Under the pieces are notes generated by a model. It was not told where the DNA came from and ran no database searches. It saw only the letters and a program-made list of their open reading frames with translations. This document shows positions 41,507 to 50,934 of a stretch of 64,000 bases of DNA, piece after piece; position 1 is the stretch's first letter, and each line of letters starts with the position of its first letter. The translations under genes and the position numbers were made by a program. Origin of the DNA: an uncultured Spirochaetota bacterium (GTDB lineage Bacteria > Spirochaetota > Spirochaetia > SZUA-6 > Fen-1364); assembly GCA_963734545.1 (NCBI GenBank), contig CAVTHO010000005.1:352001-416000 (forward strand), given 5' to 3'.

Positions 41507-42918
41507 GTGCGCCTCCTCGAGTATGACGATTCGATGGCCAGCTCGCCGCGGTATTTGGCGACTGTCCTGCGGGCAAGCGAGATGCCCCGTGCGGCCAGGA
41601 TCTCGACAATCCTCTGGTCCGAAAGGCCTCCCGCGCGCGCCGCAGGCGACGCAGTCGCGCCGGGAGCGTCCGCGCCCTCCTGCCCGATGATCTCCCTGAT
41701 GATCTCTTTCACACCCTCCTTTGAAAAGCGGCCATTGATGGTGTTCGGGACCGAGTTGGAAAAGAAATGCTTCAGCCTGAAGATACCCCATTCGGTCTGC
41801 ATGTACTTCGATGAGGTGATCCGCGACACGGTTGCCTCGTGTACGCCGATCTCCCCGGCGATATCCTTCAATGTCAGGGGTTTCATGTACTTCGGCCCCT
41901 TGAGGAAGAACTCCCTCTGGTAATCCACGATGGCCCGGCAGACTTTCAGGAGCGTTTCGTTGCGCTGGCCGATCGTGCGGATGAACCACCGCGCGTCCTG
42001 CAGATTCTGGGTGACGAACTGGCGCGTCTTCATGTCTTTCCCCTTCTTGCGCGTCATCTCTTCGAAAAGGGGATTGATGCCGAGGACAGGGATCATCTCG
42101 TCGTTCAAGATGATCACGAACTCCCCTTCGTGAAGGGTGACCTGGACGTCGGGGAGGACATAGCGGGTCACGTCCCGGGAGAAGTTGCGGCCGGGCAGGG
42201 GATCGAGGGTGCGCAGGAACGCGATGACCTCCCGGAGCTTCGACTCGGAGATCCGCATTCCTTTCTCGATTTCCCGCAGCTTCTGGTTCTCCAGCTGCTC
42301 GAACCACCGCTGCACCACTTCCGCCGCGCGCGGATGCGGGGCGGGGTGAATACGGATCTGCACGAGGAGGCTTTCGCGCACGTCCTTCACGCACACGCCC
42401 ACCGGGTCGAAGCCCTGCACGAGAGCCAGGATCTTCGGAAGCAGCTCCCGGTCGCCATCTTCGGACACCAGGATCTCGGGGGGTTCCTGGTGAAAGCCGT
42501 TCTCGTCGAGATTGTGGATGAGAAGCTCGCCGATGCGCAGCCATTCCTCGGGGATGGGCTGCAGGACGAGCTGCGCCAACAGGTGCTCCTGAAGGCTCTC
42601 CGGCTGGGAAAGGGCGCCCTCGATGAACTGCCGTCGCGCATCACTCGCGGCCTCGGCATCCGCCCGCGAATAGCCCGAATCAGAGGAATGGTCGAACCAG
42701 TCTCCCTCCCCTTCACCGATCTCCCGGGCCGGCAGGGAATCAAGGGACACGGTGGACCTGTCCTCTTCCACCTGGAGGGCGGGGTTCTTCTCCAGCTCCT
42801 CTTCTATGGTGGTCTTCAGGTCCTGCAGGGGCAGCGCCATGAGCCTTACCGCCTGGTAAAGCTGCGGGGTCATTTTGAGCTTCTGGACCTGTCTCAGGAC
42901 GGGTCTCTGGGACTGCAC
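41503..42918 (-). CDS. rpoN: RNA polymerase sigma-54 factor
   Basis: MTPQLYQA, LDENG, PLTLKDIA..HEATVSR, ARRTVAKYR (RpoN box). Confidence 0.97.
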   Translation of the reverse strand: MQSQRPVLRQVQKLKMTPQLYQAVRLMALPLQDLKTTIEEELEKNPALQVEEDRSTVSLDSLPAREIGEGEGDWFDHSSDSGYSRADAEAASDARRQFIEGALSQPESLQEHLLAQLVLQPIPEEWLRIGELLIHNLDENGFHQEPPEILVSEDGDRELLPKILALVQGFDPVGVCVKDVRESLLVQIRIHPAPHPRAAEVVQRWFEQLENQKLREIEKGMRISESKLREVIAFLRTLDPLPGRNFSRDVTRYVLPDVQVTLHEGEFVIILNDEMIPVLGINPLFEEMTRKKGKDMKTRQFVTQNLQDARWFIRTIGQRNETLLKVCRAIVDYQREFFLKGPKYMKPLTLKDIAGEIGVHEATVSRITSSKYMQTEWGIFRLKHFFSNSVPNTINGRFSKEGVKEIIREIIGQEGADAPGATASPAARAGGLSDQRIVEILAARGISLARRTVAKYRGELAIESSYSRRRT

Positions 42919-42992
42919 GGGACCTCCGGGGCTGATTGTGAGCCGGGGTCGAGGGGTTTGTCAACTTTGATCTGCGCGGCCGAAGGTCGCGC

Positions 42993-43727
42993 TTAGATCT
43001 GGAACTCGTGGCCGAGGTAGATCTTTCGCGCAAGCTCGCTTGCGAGGAGCTCCTCTCGCGAGCCGCTCACCAGGATCTCTCCCAGGTTGATGATATGGGA
43101 GCGATGGGTGATCTGGAGGGTGTCGCGCACGTTGTGGTCCGTAATGAGCACGCCAATGCCCCGGGTGGACAATCCCTGGACGATGCCCTTGAGCTCGGAG
43201 ACCGTGATGGGGTCGATTCCCGCGAATGGCTCGTCCAGGAGCAGGAACTTGGGCTCGATGGCAAGGGAGCGGGCGATTTCCGTGCGCCGTCTTTCCCCGC
43301 CGGAAAGGGTATATGCCTTCTGCTTCCTCAAATGCGAGATGCCCAGGTCATCCAGGAGCCGGTCGAGCACCTTCTGCTTCTCCTTGGCGGTGAGTCCCTT
43401 GCGCGTCTCGATGATCGCGTTGATGTTGTCCTCCACGGAAAGCTTGCGGAAAACCGACGGCTCTTGTGGAAGGTAGGAGACCCCCATGCGGGCACGCTTG
43501 TACATGGGGAGACCCGAGACGTCCTTGCCGTTCAGCCAGATCCGTCCCGATGTGGGCTTGATGAAGCCCACCACCATGTAGAACACCGTGGTCTTGCCCG
43601 CCCCGTTGGGACCGAGGAGGCCGACGACCTCGCCGCTCTCCATGGAGAACGTGACGTCACGCACCGCCTGCGTGCGGCCGTAGCTCTTTGCCAGCCCTTC
43701 CAGAAAAAGGGTCCCGTTATTGTCCAT
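42993..43727 (-). CDS. lptB: LPS/glycolipid export ABC ATPase LptB
   Basis: GPNGAGKTT, YLPQEPSVFRKL, LSGGERRR, LDEPFAGIDP, ITDHNVR. Confidence 0.96.
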   Translation of the reverse strand: MDNNGTLFLEGLAKSYGRTQAVRDVTFSMESGEVVGLLGPNGAGKTTVFYMVVGFIKPTSGRIWLNGKDVSGLPMYKRARMGVSYLPQEPSVFRKLSVEDNINAIIETRKGLTAKEKQKVLDRLLDDLGISHLRKQKAYTLSGGERRRTEIARSLAIEPKFLLLDEPFAGIDPITVSELKGIVQGLSTRGIGVLITDHNVRDTLQITHRSHIINLGEILVSGSREELLASELARKIYLGHEFQI

Positions 43728-43742
43728 CGGGAGGCCCTTTCT

Positions 43743-44564
43743 TCATGGCAGGCGGCACACCCGGCGCAGGGGGGCAGGCGGCGGCGAATCGGGCACCGGG
43801 ACAGCGGGCGCCACCGGGACAGCGGGCGCCACCGGGACAGCGGGCGCCACGGAGCCGGGGCCGGGGGCGACCGGGACAGTTGAGTCGGGCGGGGCGCCTT
43901 CCTTGGCCGGCTCGGGCGAGCCGGTTTTTATCGTGCCCTGCACGTCCCCCTCGAGACTGATGTCCTCCGTGTCGAGATTGATCGTGATCCGCGCAGCCTG
44001 GTAGACGTCGCTCCCCTTGGAAACCCAGGGCAGCCCCGAGAGCTCGAGCGTTTTCTTGTCCCGCCAGTACCTCGCGAATTCCGCCTTGCAGATGATGTCT
44101 TTTTTGAAAATACGCACCCCGATCTGGACGATGGTGATCTTCTCCAGGTCCCTGTCCTCGATGAATCCTCCCTTGACCACCATCTCGTTTTTCAGATCCG
44201 CCATGACCGCGTTCCCCTTGATGCGCGCGATCTTCTGGTTCCTGTCGTAAAAGAGCTCCTGGCTGGTGAGATCCAGTCCGCGCTTCGCGTCAACCACGCG
44301 GACGTTTCCGTGGCATTGCGCATAAACAAAATCCTTGCCGAAAAGCTCGATGCTGTCCGCCGTGATGCGCAGATCCTGCGTATCCACGCGGGCATTGCCC
44401 GTCAGGAGCGCATGCTGGTTGCCCTCCGCAAGGACCGTTGACGCGCTGTCACCCGAATAGGTGAAGGTGTCGGCGTGAAGGGGGCTGCACAGGAGGAGAA
44501 TGAGCGCGCAGACCGCCGGGATTGTTCTCCCCGCGCCGCTATTTTTTCTCTTCTTGCCAGACAT
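43743..44564 (-). CDS. lptA: LptA/OstA-family periplasmic protein with (VAPAVP)n tail
   Basis: Signal peptide, LTGNARV, ITADSIEL. Lies between lptC and lptB; 18-bp coding repeat at about 43790-43875. Confidence 0.75.
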   Translation of the reverse strand: MSGKKRKNSGAGRTIPAVCALILLLCSPLHADTFTYSGDSASTVLAEGNQHALLTGNARVDTQDLRITADSIELFGKDFVYAQCHGNVRVVDAKRGLDLTSQELFYDRNQKIARIKGNAVMADLKNEMVVKGGFIEDRDLEKITIVQIGVRIFKKDIICKAEFARYWRDKKTLELSGLPWVSKGSDVYQAARITINLDTEDISLEGDVQGTIKTGSPEPAKEGAPPDSTVPVAPGPGSVAPAVPVAPAVPVAPAVPVPDSPPPAPLRRVCRLP

Positions 44565-45141
44565 ATGTGCCCTGCACGGGACCCGAGAACGTGACCTGGC
44601 GGGTTCTGAAGTCGCCGACGAAGCCGCGTCCGGAGATGGAAGTGCCGTCATCCTTTCGAATGGTCACCCGTTCGTCGGGAGGGGCGGTCAGCCGCTTCTC
44701 CTTGTTTGCCCACGCGAGGGATTCCGCGGAGACGTCTCCCTTCTCGGAGGCGGAATGCACACGCACCGCGCCCGAAATCTCGGCGTTTTCCGTGTCGGTG
44801 TGGTACACGACCCTGCGGGCGCGGCCCTCCGTTGCCTTCTCTCCCTTGTCGTCGTATTCGATGAAATGCGCGTCGGTCAGGATCGTCTTCGCGGCGGCGC
44901 TGTAGGTCTCTGCGCGTGCCGCTTCCAGCTCCATGGAAAGCCGACCGTTTCTGTGGATCTTGTGCACGAGCCCGCGCGCAACGGTGTCCGGAATTCCTTC
45001 CGCCGCTTTTTCTTCTCCGGCCGCTTCCTGGTAGTCCAGACTGCAGCCGGCAACCAGCAACGCGGCCGCGAATGCGACGGCCGTGACGGCCGTGCCTATC
45101 GGGCCCGTGCGGGTGCTGTCTTTTCTTGCGATTTCAAGCAT
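44539..45141 (-). CDS. lptC: LptC-family lipoprotein
   Basis: VAG-C lipobox, beta-jellyroll-like pattern (AESLAW, GRGF). Synteny pyrG-lptC-lptA-lptB. Confidence 0.75.
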   Translation of the reverse strand: MLEIARKDSTRTGPIGTAVTAVAFAAALLVAGCSLDYQEAAGEEKAAEGIPDTVARGLVHKIHRNGRLSMELEAARAETYSAAAKTILTDAHFIEYDDKGEKATEGRARRVVYHTDTENAEISGAVRVHSASEKGDVSAESLAWANKEKRLTAPPDERVTIRKDDGTSISGRGFVGDFRTRQVTFSGPVQGTYVWQEEKK

Positions 45142-46724
45142 GCGGCGATAAACCGGGAAAACAGCGGGCTGGGAGCGAGGGGTTTGGACTTGAACTCAGG
45201 GTGGAACTGCACGCCCACTCCCCAGGGATGGTCGGGCCACTCGACCGACTCGACCAGAGAGGAGTCAGGGGTGAGCCCGCTCACGAGCAGCCCCGCGTCT
45301 TCCAATGCCTTGCGGTACTGGTTTGAAACCTCGTAGCGGTGCCGGTGGCGCTCGGCGATGACCTCGGCGCAGTAGGCCGCGTGGATGCGCGTGCCCGGTT
45401 TCAGGTGCGTGTCGCTCTTCCCGAGACGCATCGTTCCGCCGTAGGCCTTGATGTCCACCTGCTCCTCCAGGAGGCTCACAACCGGGATTTTTGTCTCGGG
45501 GGCGAACTCGGTCGAGTTTGCTTCTTTCAGGTTCAACAGTGACCGGGAATACTCGATCACCATGATCTGCATGCCCAGGCAGATGCCAAGGTAGGGGATC
45601 TTGTTTTCCCGCGCATAGTGGGCCGCGCGGACCATGCCTTCGATGCCCCGCAGGCCGAAGCCGCCGGGGACCAGGATGCCGTCGCAGTCGGCAAAAGCGG
45701 ACGACAGATCGCGGTCATCCTCCAGCTCCTCGCTCTCGAACTTCACGAGCTGGACCCGGGCTCCGTTGTCGATCCCCCCGTGAAAGAGGGATTCGAAGAT
45801 CGAGATGTAAGAATCATGCAATCCCGTGTATTTTCCCACGATTGCAATGCGGGCGGTGCGCTTCGCTTCCGTGAAGTGGTCCACGACCTTTTTCCAGCCG
45901 TCCTTGGCGGGCATCTTCTCCGCAAGGCCGAGCTTTTTGATGATGATCGCGTCCACCTTCTGTTCGACGAACGTGAGGGGGATTTCGTAGATCGTCGTGC
46001 GGACGTCGTAGGCGGAGATCACCGCCTCTTTTTCCACATTTGTAAAAAGAGAGATCTTGCGTCTCAGGTCCTCGTCCAGCGGGCTGGAGGATCGACAGAG
46101 AAGGATGTCCGGCTGAATTCCGATCTCGCGCAGCTCACGCACGGAGTGCTGCGTGGGCTTGCTCTTTGGCTCGCCCCAGTAGACTTGCGGCACCAGGGTA
46201 AGGTGGATGAAGAGAACGTTCTCCTTGCCGAGGTCGTGGATGAATTGACGGGCCGCTTCGAGGAAGGGCACGCTCTCGATGTCTCCCACCGTGCCGCCGA
46301 CCTCCACCAGTGTCACGTCCACGCCCGGCTGCTCGCCCACCCGGAATACGCGCGCTTTGATCTCGTCCGTGATGTGGGGGATCACCTGCACGGTCCTTCC
46401 CAGAAAACGGCCTTCGCGCTCCTTGGTGATGACGGCCTGGTACACCTGGCCCGTCGTGATCGAATTGTCCTTCCCGATGGGCGCGGTGGTGAACCGGCTG
46501 TAGTTTCCGAGGTCGAGATCGGTCTCGGCCCCGTCATCCGTGACATACACCTCCCCATGCTGGTAAGGATTCATCGTGCCGGCGTCCACGTTGATGTAAG
46601 GGTCGATCTTGATCATCCGTATGTTGAAGCCCCTGTTTTCCAGCAGGCTGCCGATGGACGCTGAGGCGACGCCTTTTCCAAGCCCAGAGCAGACGCCGCC
46701 GGTGACGAAAATGTATTTGCTCAT
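45096..46724 (-). CDS. pyrG: CTP synthase
   Basis: KYIFVTGGVCSGLGKG, GGTVGDIES, PGGFG, GICLGMQ, ERHRHRYE, QFHPEF. Confidence 0.99.
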   Translation of the reverse strand: MSKYIFVTGGVCSGLGKGVASASIGSLLENRGFNIRMIKIDPYINVDAGTMNPYQHGEVYVTDDGAETDLDLGNYSRFTTAPIGKDNSITTGQVYQAVITKEREGRFLGRTVQVIPHITDEIKARVFRVGEQPGVDVTLVEVGGTVGDIESVPFLEAARQFIHDLGKENVLFIHLTLVPQVYWGEPKSKPTQHSVRELREIGIQPDILLCRSSSPLDEDLRRKISLFTNVEKEAVISAYDVRTTIYEIPLTFVEQKVDAIIIKKLGLAEKMPAKDGWKKVVDHFTEAKRTARIAIVGKYTGLHDSYISIFESLFHGGIDNGARVQLVKFESEELEDDRDLSSAFADCDGILVPGGFGLRGIEGMVRAAHYARENKIPYLGICLGMQIMVIEYSRSLLNLKEANSTEFAPETKIPVVSLLEEQVDIKAYGGTMRLGKSDTHLKPGTRIHAAYCAEVIAERHRHRYEVSNQYRKALEDAGLLVSGLTPDSSLVESVEWPDHPWGVGVQFHPEFKSKPLAPSPLFSRFIAACLKSQEKTAPARAR

Positions 46725-46762
46725 GGGGATTGGATTATAGAAGAAAAAGAGGGTTGCCTCAA
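46725..46762 (-). promoter_or_regulatory. pyrG promoter, no SD, CCCC in start-site window
   Basis: Minus strand TTGAGG-17-TATAAT-ccaatcccc-ATG. Confidence 0.7.
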
Positions 46763-46856
46763 CAGCGCGCCGAGGTACCTTGCGCGGTATTCCGCGCAGT
46801 TAGGCGGCGCCGCCGTACCCTCGCGCGTCAGGCCGGCCCGTGGTATGATTCATGGC

Positions 46857-49069
46857 ATGGGAAAAGTAGCACAGGAGACCGGCAAGGTCCCCGGCGTCCC
46901 GCAAGGAAGAGTGGGCCGCGGGCGGCCGCCCATGGCCTGGCGCTGGTACATCCCTTTCCTGCTCACCGTGATTGCGGGTGTCGTGATCACTCTGGTCGTG
47001 TTCGCCGCATTTCGAGGATCCGAAGCGGCAAGGTTGAAAACAGACTTCCAGAACATGGCGGCCGACCGTGCGCAGGCGATCCGCGCGGGGTTGTCCGAGG
47101 ATTTCGTGGAGCTGGACCTTCTGGCCGGCTACGTGACCGCGTCCCGGGAGCTCGCCGAGGACCTGCTCGGCTCCTTTGCTTCGGAATTCGCCAATTTCGT
47201 CCGTCGTATCCCGTCACAGGAACCTGACACGCAGGCTGTCGCGTTTGTTGCCCGGGTTCCCTCCGCCGCACGCGCGGGCTTTGAGCGTACCGGAGCACGG
47301 GAGCTCGCCGCCGGCTTCCAGATCGCCGAGCAGGGATCCGGGGAGAGATCCGGCCCGCGGGAAATCGCGCACTGTATTACCCCATCACTGTGATCGAGCC
47401 CTTCGAATACACCACGACGATGCTCGGACTCGATCTGTACTCGATTCCTGCTCTCAAACCGGCGCTGGAACACGCCCTTGCGAGCGGAAAGACCACGGCG
47501 AGCGCCGCCACGATGCTTCCGGCTTCCACGACCAATCGGCCCGTGGTGTGGTTTTTTCGGACCGTTTCCCAGCCGCCTCGGGGGACCGCGCAGGGCCGGG
47601 GCGAGCTCCTGGGCATCGTCGCTATCGCCTTCAGGATCGACCAGATGGTGGACCTTTCCTTGAAGGACCTGAGCCCCGCGGCCATCGATATCGAGCTCGT
47701 GGATCCCCAGGCTCCCCCGGGCCGGCAGTCATTGTATTACCGCAAGGCACGTGTGCCGGGCTACGAAGCCACGGCCCCGCTGAAATCCGGTCTGTCCTGG
47801 AGCACAACCCTGGAGGCGGGAGAGCGCGTCTGGCTCTTCAAGGCCTATCCGACCCCTGAGTTCATGCTCCGTCATCGCACATGGCAGCCGTGGACGCTGC
47901 TTGCGGGAGGCCTCCTGCTCACTGCCCTGATCAGTCTCTATTTTGCCGGGGGGCTGCGGCGCGCGGCCCGGGTGGAATCGCTCGTTTCCGAGCGCACCGG
48001 CGAGCTGGCCCGCGAGGTCGCCAAGCACGAACAGCTGGAGAAGGCGCTCGCAGAATCCCGTTCGACCCTTGCCAGCCAGGTGGAGCGGCTCAACCTCCAA
48101 AACCAGGAAGTCCAGCTTCTCAACGAGGTGGGTGACATGCTTCAGTCATGCGTCTCGACAGAGGAAGCCTACCCGCTCATCTCGCTCCATGCCCCGAGAC
48201 TTCTGCCCGGAAGCTCCGGGGCCTTGTACGCGCATGACCCTTCCCAGGACCTGTACAGCGCCATGGCGGAATGGGGAGACAGGCGCCCGAGTGTCACCGC
48301 GTTCAAGGCGGAAGACTGCTGGGCTCTCCGGAGGGGGAAGGTCCATGCCCTGACTGGTTCCACGCCTACCCTGTCGTGCCGCCACGCCGCCGGCGAGGAC
48401 CTGCATTCGCTGTGCATACCGATGACGGCCACCGGGAAGTCGATCGGTCTCTTTCATCTGACCGGCGGCAGGGACGACAATCACGCATTTGCCGTCTCCG
48501 TTGCCGAGCATATCGGCCTTGCGCTTTCGAATCTCATGCTGAGGAGCGACCTGCGGCAGCTTTCGATCCATGACCCTCTCACGGGATTGTTCAATCGCCG
48601 CTACATGGAAGAGACGCTGGAGATCGAGATCCGGCGCGCGGAGCGTACGGAGCACCCCATCGGCGTGATCATGCTCGATATCGATCATTTCAAGACGTTC
48701 AATGACAGGTTCGGGCACGCGGCGGGAGACGAGGTGCTCCGCGCGCTGGGCACTCTGATGCGCACGCACCTGCGCGCGGGCGACATCGCCTGCCGCTACG
48801 GGGGGGAAGAGTTCGTGCTGATTCTGACAGAGGCCTCCAAAGACGCCGCCACGCAGCGCGCCGAGGATATCCGGCAGCGCGTGAAGTCCCTCGAGGTGCG
48901 CCACCTCGACGCGCCGTTGGGCCCGCTCACCGTGTCCCTGGGAGTGGCAATTCATCCCGCGCATGGGCGCACACGCGCTGAAATCCTCGCTGCCGCGGAC
49001 GGAGCGCTCTACAAGGCAAAAGAGGGCGGCCGGGATCAGGTCGTTCTTTCGCAGATCACCCCTCGATGA
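46857..49069 (+). CDS. Membrane diguanylate cyclase (CHASE-GAF-GGDEF), frameshifted near 47350
   Basis: TM-CHASE (YYPITVIEP..LGLDL in the shifted frame)-TM, CWALRRG GAF-like segment, DPLTGLFNRR, RAGD I-site, RYGGEEF. Confidence 0.88.
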
Positions 49070-49328
49070 CGGTGATGTTCTTTTTCAGGTCCCAGCGGAT
49101 ATAGCTCGAGAGCGCTTCGATCTGGGACCTGTTGACGTAGTAGATCCTGCCATCGTACTTCACCAGACCGCCGTCGTAATTGGCAAACGGGAGATGGTGG
49201 GAGACTCTTCCCATGAAGACGGCCCTGTCCCAGTACGGGCAGGTCTTCAGGTGCGGGATCTTCCGAAGATTGCTTGCCGTGATGCTCTCACCTTTGACCG
49301 TATTGCGCAGAAAGTCCTGCCACTTCAT
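49056..49328 (-). CDS. Small hypothetical protein (90 aa)
   Basis: Coding-like codon use, TACAAT upstream. No family recognised. Confidence 0.65.
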   Translation of the reverse strand: MKWQDFLRNTVKGESITASNLRKIPHLKTCPYWDRAVFMGRVSHHLPFANYDGGLVKYDGRIYYVNRSQIEALSSYIRWDLKKNITVIEG

Positions 49329-49418
49329 CGTTTCGACACGATTGTACCCGGTGCTGGCGCCGGGATCAACCCCAGATTCGCCCGGGCAGTGCGCGCCGCG
49401 GGCCCGCGCCCGCGCAGC

Positions 49419-50255
49419 TCACTCGGTCTGCGGAACGTCGTCATCCTTGGCCGCGGGGGGCGGAGCCTTGCAGGGCTCGCGTATCCTCTCGATGGATGTC
49501 GCTTTCCCGTCGTCGCCGATCTCGATGATCACTCCCTGGAGCTCAAGCATCGCCCACGCCTCCTTCGAGTATTCGTGCACCAGCGTGGTGAGTTTCCGTA
49601 TCTCGATCTCGGGATCCAGCCCGGCCACGGATTCAAGACTCCCTGTTCTGCCCGCATCCGTGATCACGGCCGTGCCGCCGGGAAGCACACGCTCGTCCGC
49701 GGTCAGCCCCTTGGTATGCGTGCCGATCACCGCGGACAGCTTTCCGTCAGCCATGGCGAACATCGTGGCTTTCTCCGCCGTCGTGACCGCGTGGAAATCC
49801 AGCAGGATCGTGTTCGTCTCCGGCGCCATGGACTCGAGGAGCTTCGGCAGGAGGCTGAAGGGATTCTTCAGATGGACCCTCTTGAATCCCGCGACACCGA
49901 GCAGGCACAGCACGCCTATTTTTCTCCCGTTTTTTTCGAAAATCATCCAGCCCCTTCCGGGATTCCGAGGCGGGTAGTTGGCGGGCCTCACCATGTAGGG
50001 CGCTTTGTTGAAGTGCTCGACGATGTCCTTCTTGTAGTAGCTGCATTCGCCGGTGGTGAGAACGTCGATTCCGAGCTTGTGCAGATACACGGCGTGATTC
50101 TTGCCGATGCCGAAACCGCCGGTGGCACCCTCTCCGTTGGCGATGACGAAATCGATCGCGTGCTCCTGGCGTATCTTTGCGAGGAGCTCCTTCGCGACCC
50201 AGACGCCGGACTTGCCGACGATCTCGCCGACAAAGAGGATTCGCACAGGTGCCAT
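49419..50255 (-). CDS. ymdB: YmdB/TIGR00282 metallophosphoesterase
   Basis: ILFVGEIVGKSG, IANGE, RPANYP, DFHA..TAEK, GTHT, ITDAGRTG. Confidence 0.9.
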   Translation of the reverse strand: MAPVRILFVGEIVGKSGVWVAKELLAKIRQEHAIDFVIANGEGATGGFGIGKNHAVYLHKLGIDVLTTGECSYYKKDIVEHFNKAPYMVRPANYPPRNPGRGWMIFEKNGRKIGVLCLLGVAGFKRVHLKNPFSLLPKLLESMAPETNTILLDFHAVTTAEKATMFAMADGKLSAVIGTHTKGLTADERVLPGGTAVITDAGRTGSLESVAGLDPEIEIRKLTTLVHEYSKEAWAMLELQGVIIEIGDDGKATSIERIREPCKAPPPAAKDDDVPQTE

Positions 50256-50322
50256 CAGGAGAGGATACCGGCAGAGAGCAATCTTGACAAGTTCGACGCC
50301 TTCTTGTTACCGTTGTTCACTG

Positions 50323-50407
50323 GCCCGGATGGTGAAATTTGGTAGACACGCTAGATTCAGGGTCTAGTGCCGGCAACGGTGTGGAGGTTCAAGTCCTCTT
50401 CCGGGCA
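50323..50407 (+). tRNA. tRNA-Leu (CAG), CCA not encoded
   Basis: GCCCGGA/TCCGGGC acceptor stem, CTAGA-TTCAGGG-TCTAG anticodon arm, long variable arm, GGTTCAAGTCC. Confidence 0.97.
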
Positions 50408-50495
50408 ACGCAATGAAAAGCTTCCCCGAAAAATCCCTTCGGGTATCTCTACGCACTGAAATGGGCGCTCTCCGGACCTGTCGGATCGCTCCGCC

Positions 50496-50930
50496 CTACG
50501 GGCCCCCGAGCAGCTCGAGGGTTCGCTCGTCCCGATGTCCCTGATAGTACTTCTCCACCACACGGGAGAAGACCGAGTCCGGCCCCGCAACGCGCTCGAA
50601 AAGCGTCATTGAGGACCGCAGCTTGAGGTCATCCGGGTACGGCATGATAGCGGACGCCGTCCTGCCTTCGAGAGCGAGAAGCGCCTCCGCACACTCCCTC
50701 AGGCGCGAACCCAGGATGGGATGACTCAGATAGGCGCGGGCTTCGTCGATGCCGCTGATGCCATAGTGCTGGGAGGTGGGGGACAGCCCCAGGCCGCGGA
50801 CCTGGGGGAAGATGAACCAGATCCAGTGGGAGCGCTTGCGGCCGGCGCGTATCTCGTCCAAGGCGCTGGCGTACGCCCCGGACTGCGCACTCACAAACCG
50901 CTCAAGGTCGAAGGAATCGGCGCTCGACAC
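50496..50930 (-). CDS. DUF1810 (Rv1873-like) protein
   Basis: DLERFVSAQ, GRKRSHWIWFIFPQ, EARAYLSHPILGSRL, PDDLKLRSSMTLF. Confidence 0.92.
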   Translation of the reverse strand: MSSADSFDLERFVSAQSGAYASALDEIRAGRKRSHWIWFIFPQVRGLGLSPTSQHYGISGIDEARAYLSHPILGSRLRECAEALLALEGRTASAIMPYPDDLKLRSSMTLFERVAGPDSVFSRVVEKYYQGHRDERTLELLGGP

Positions 50931-50934
50931 GTGC

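Noticed and set aside
43743-43790. Odd LptA C-terminus (PLRRVCRLP)
   Set aside because: Probably an indel in the C-rich run after the VAPAVP repeats.
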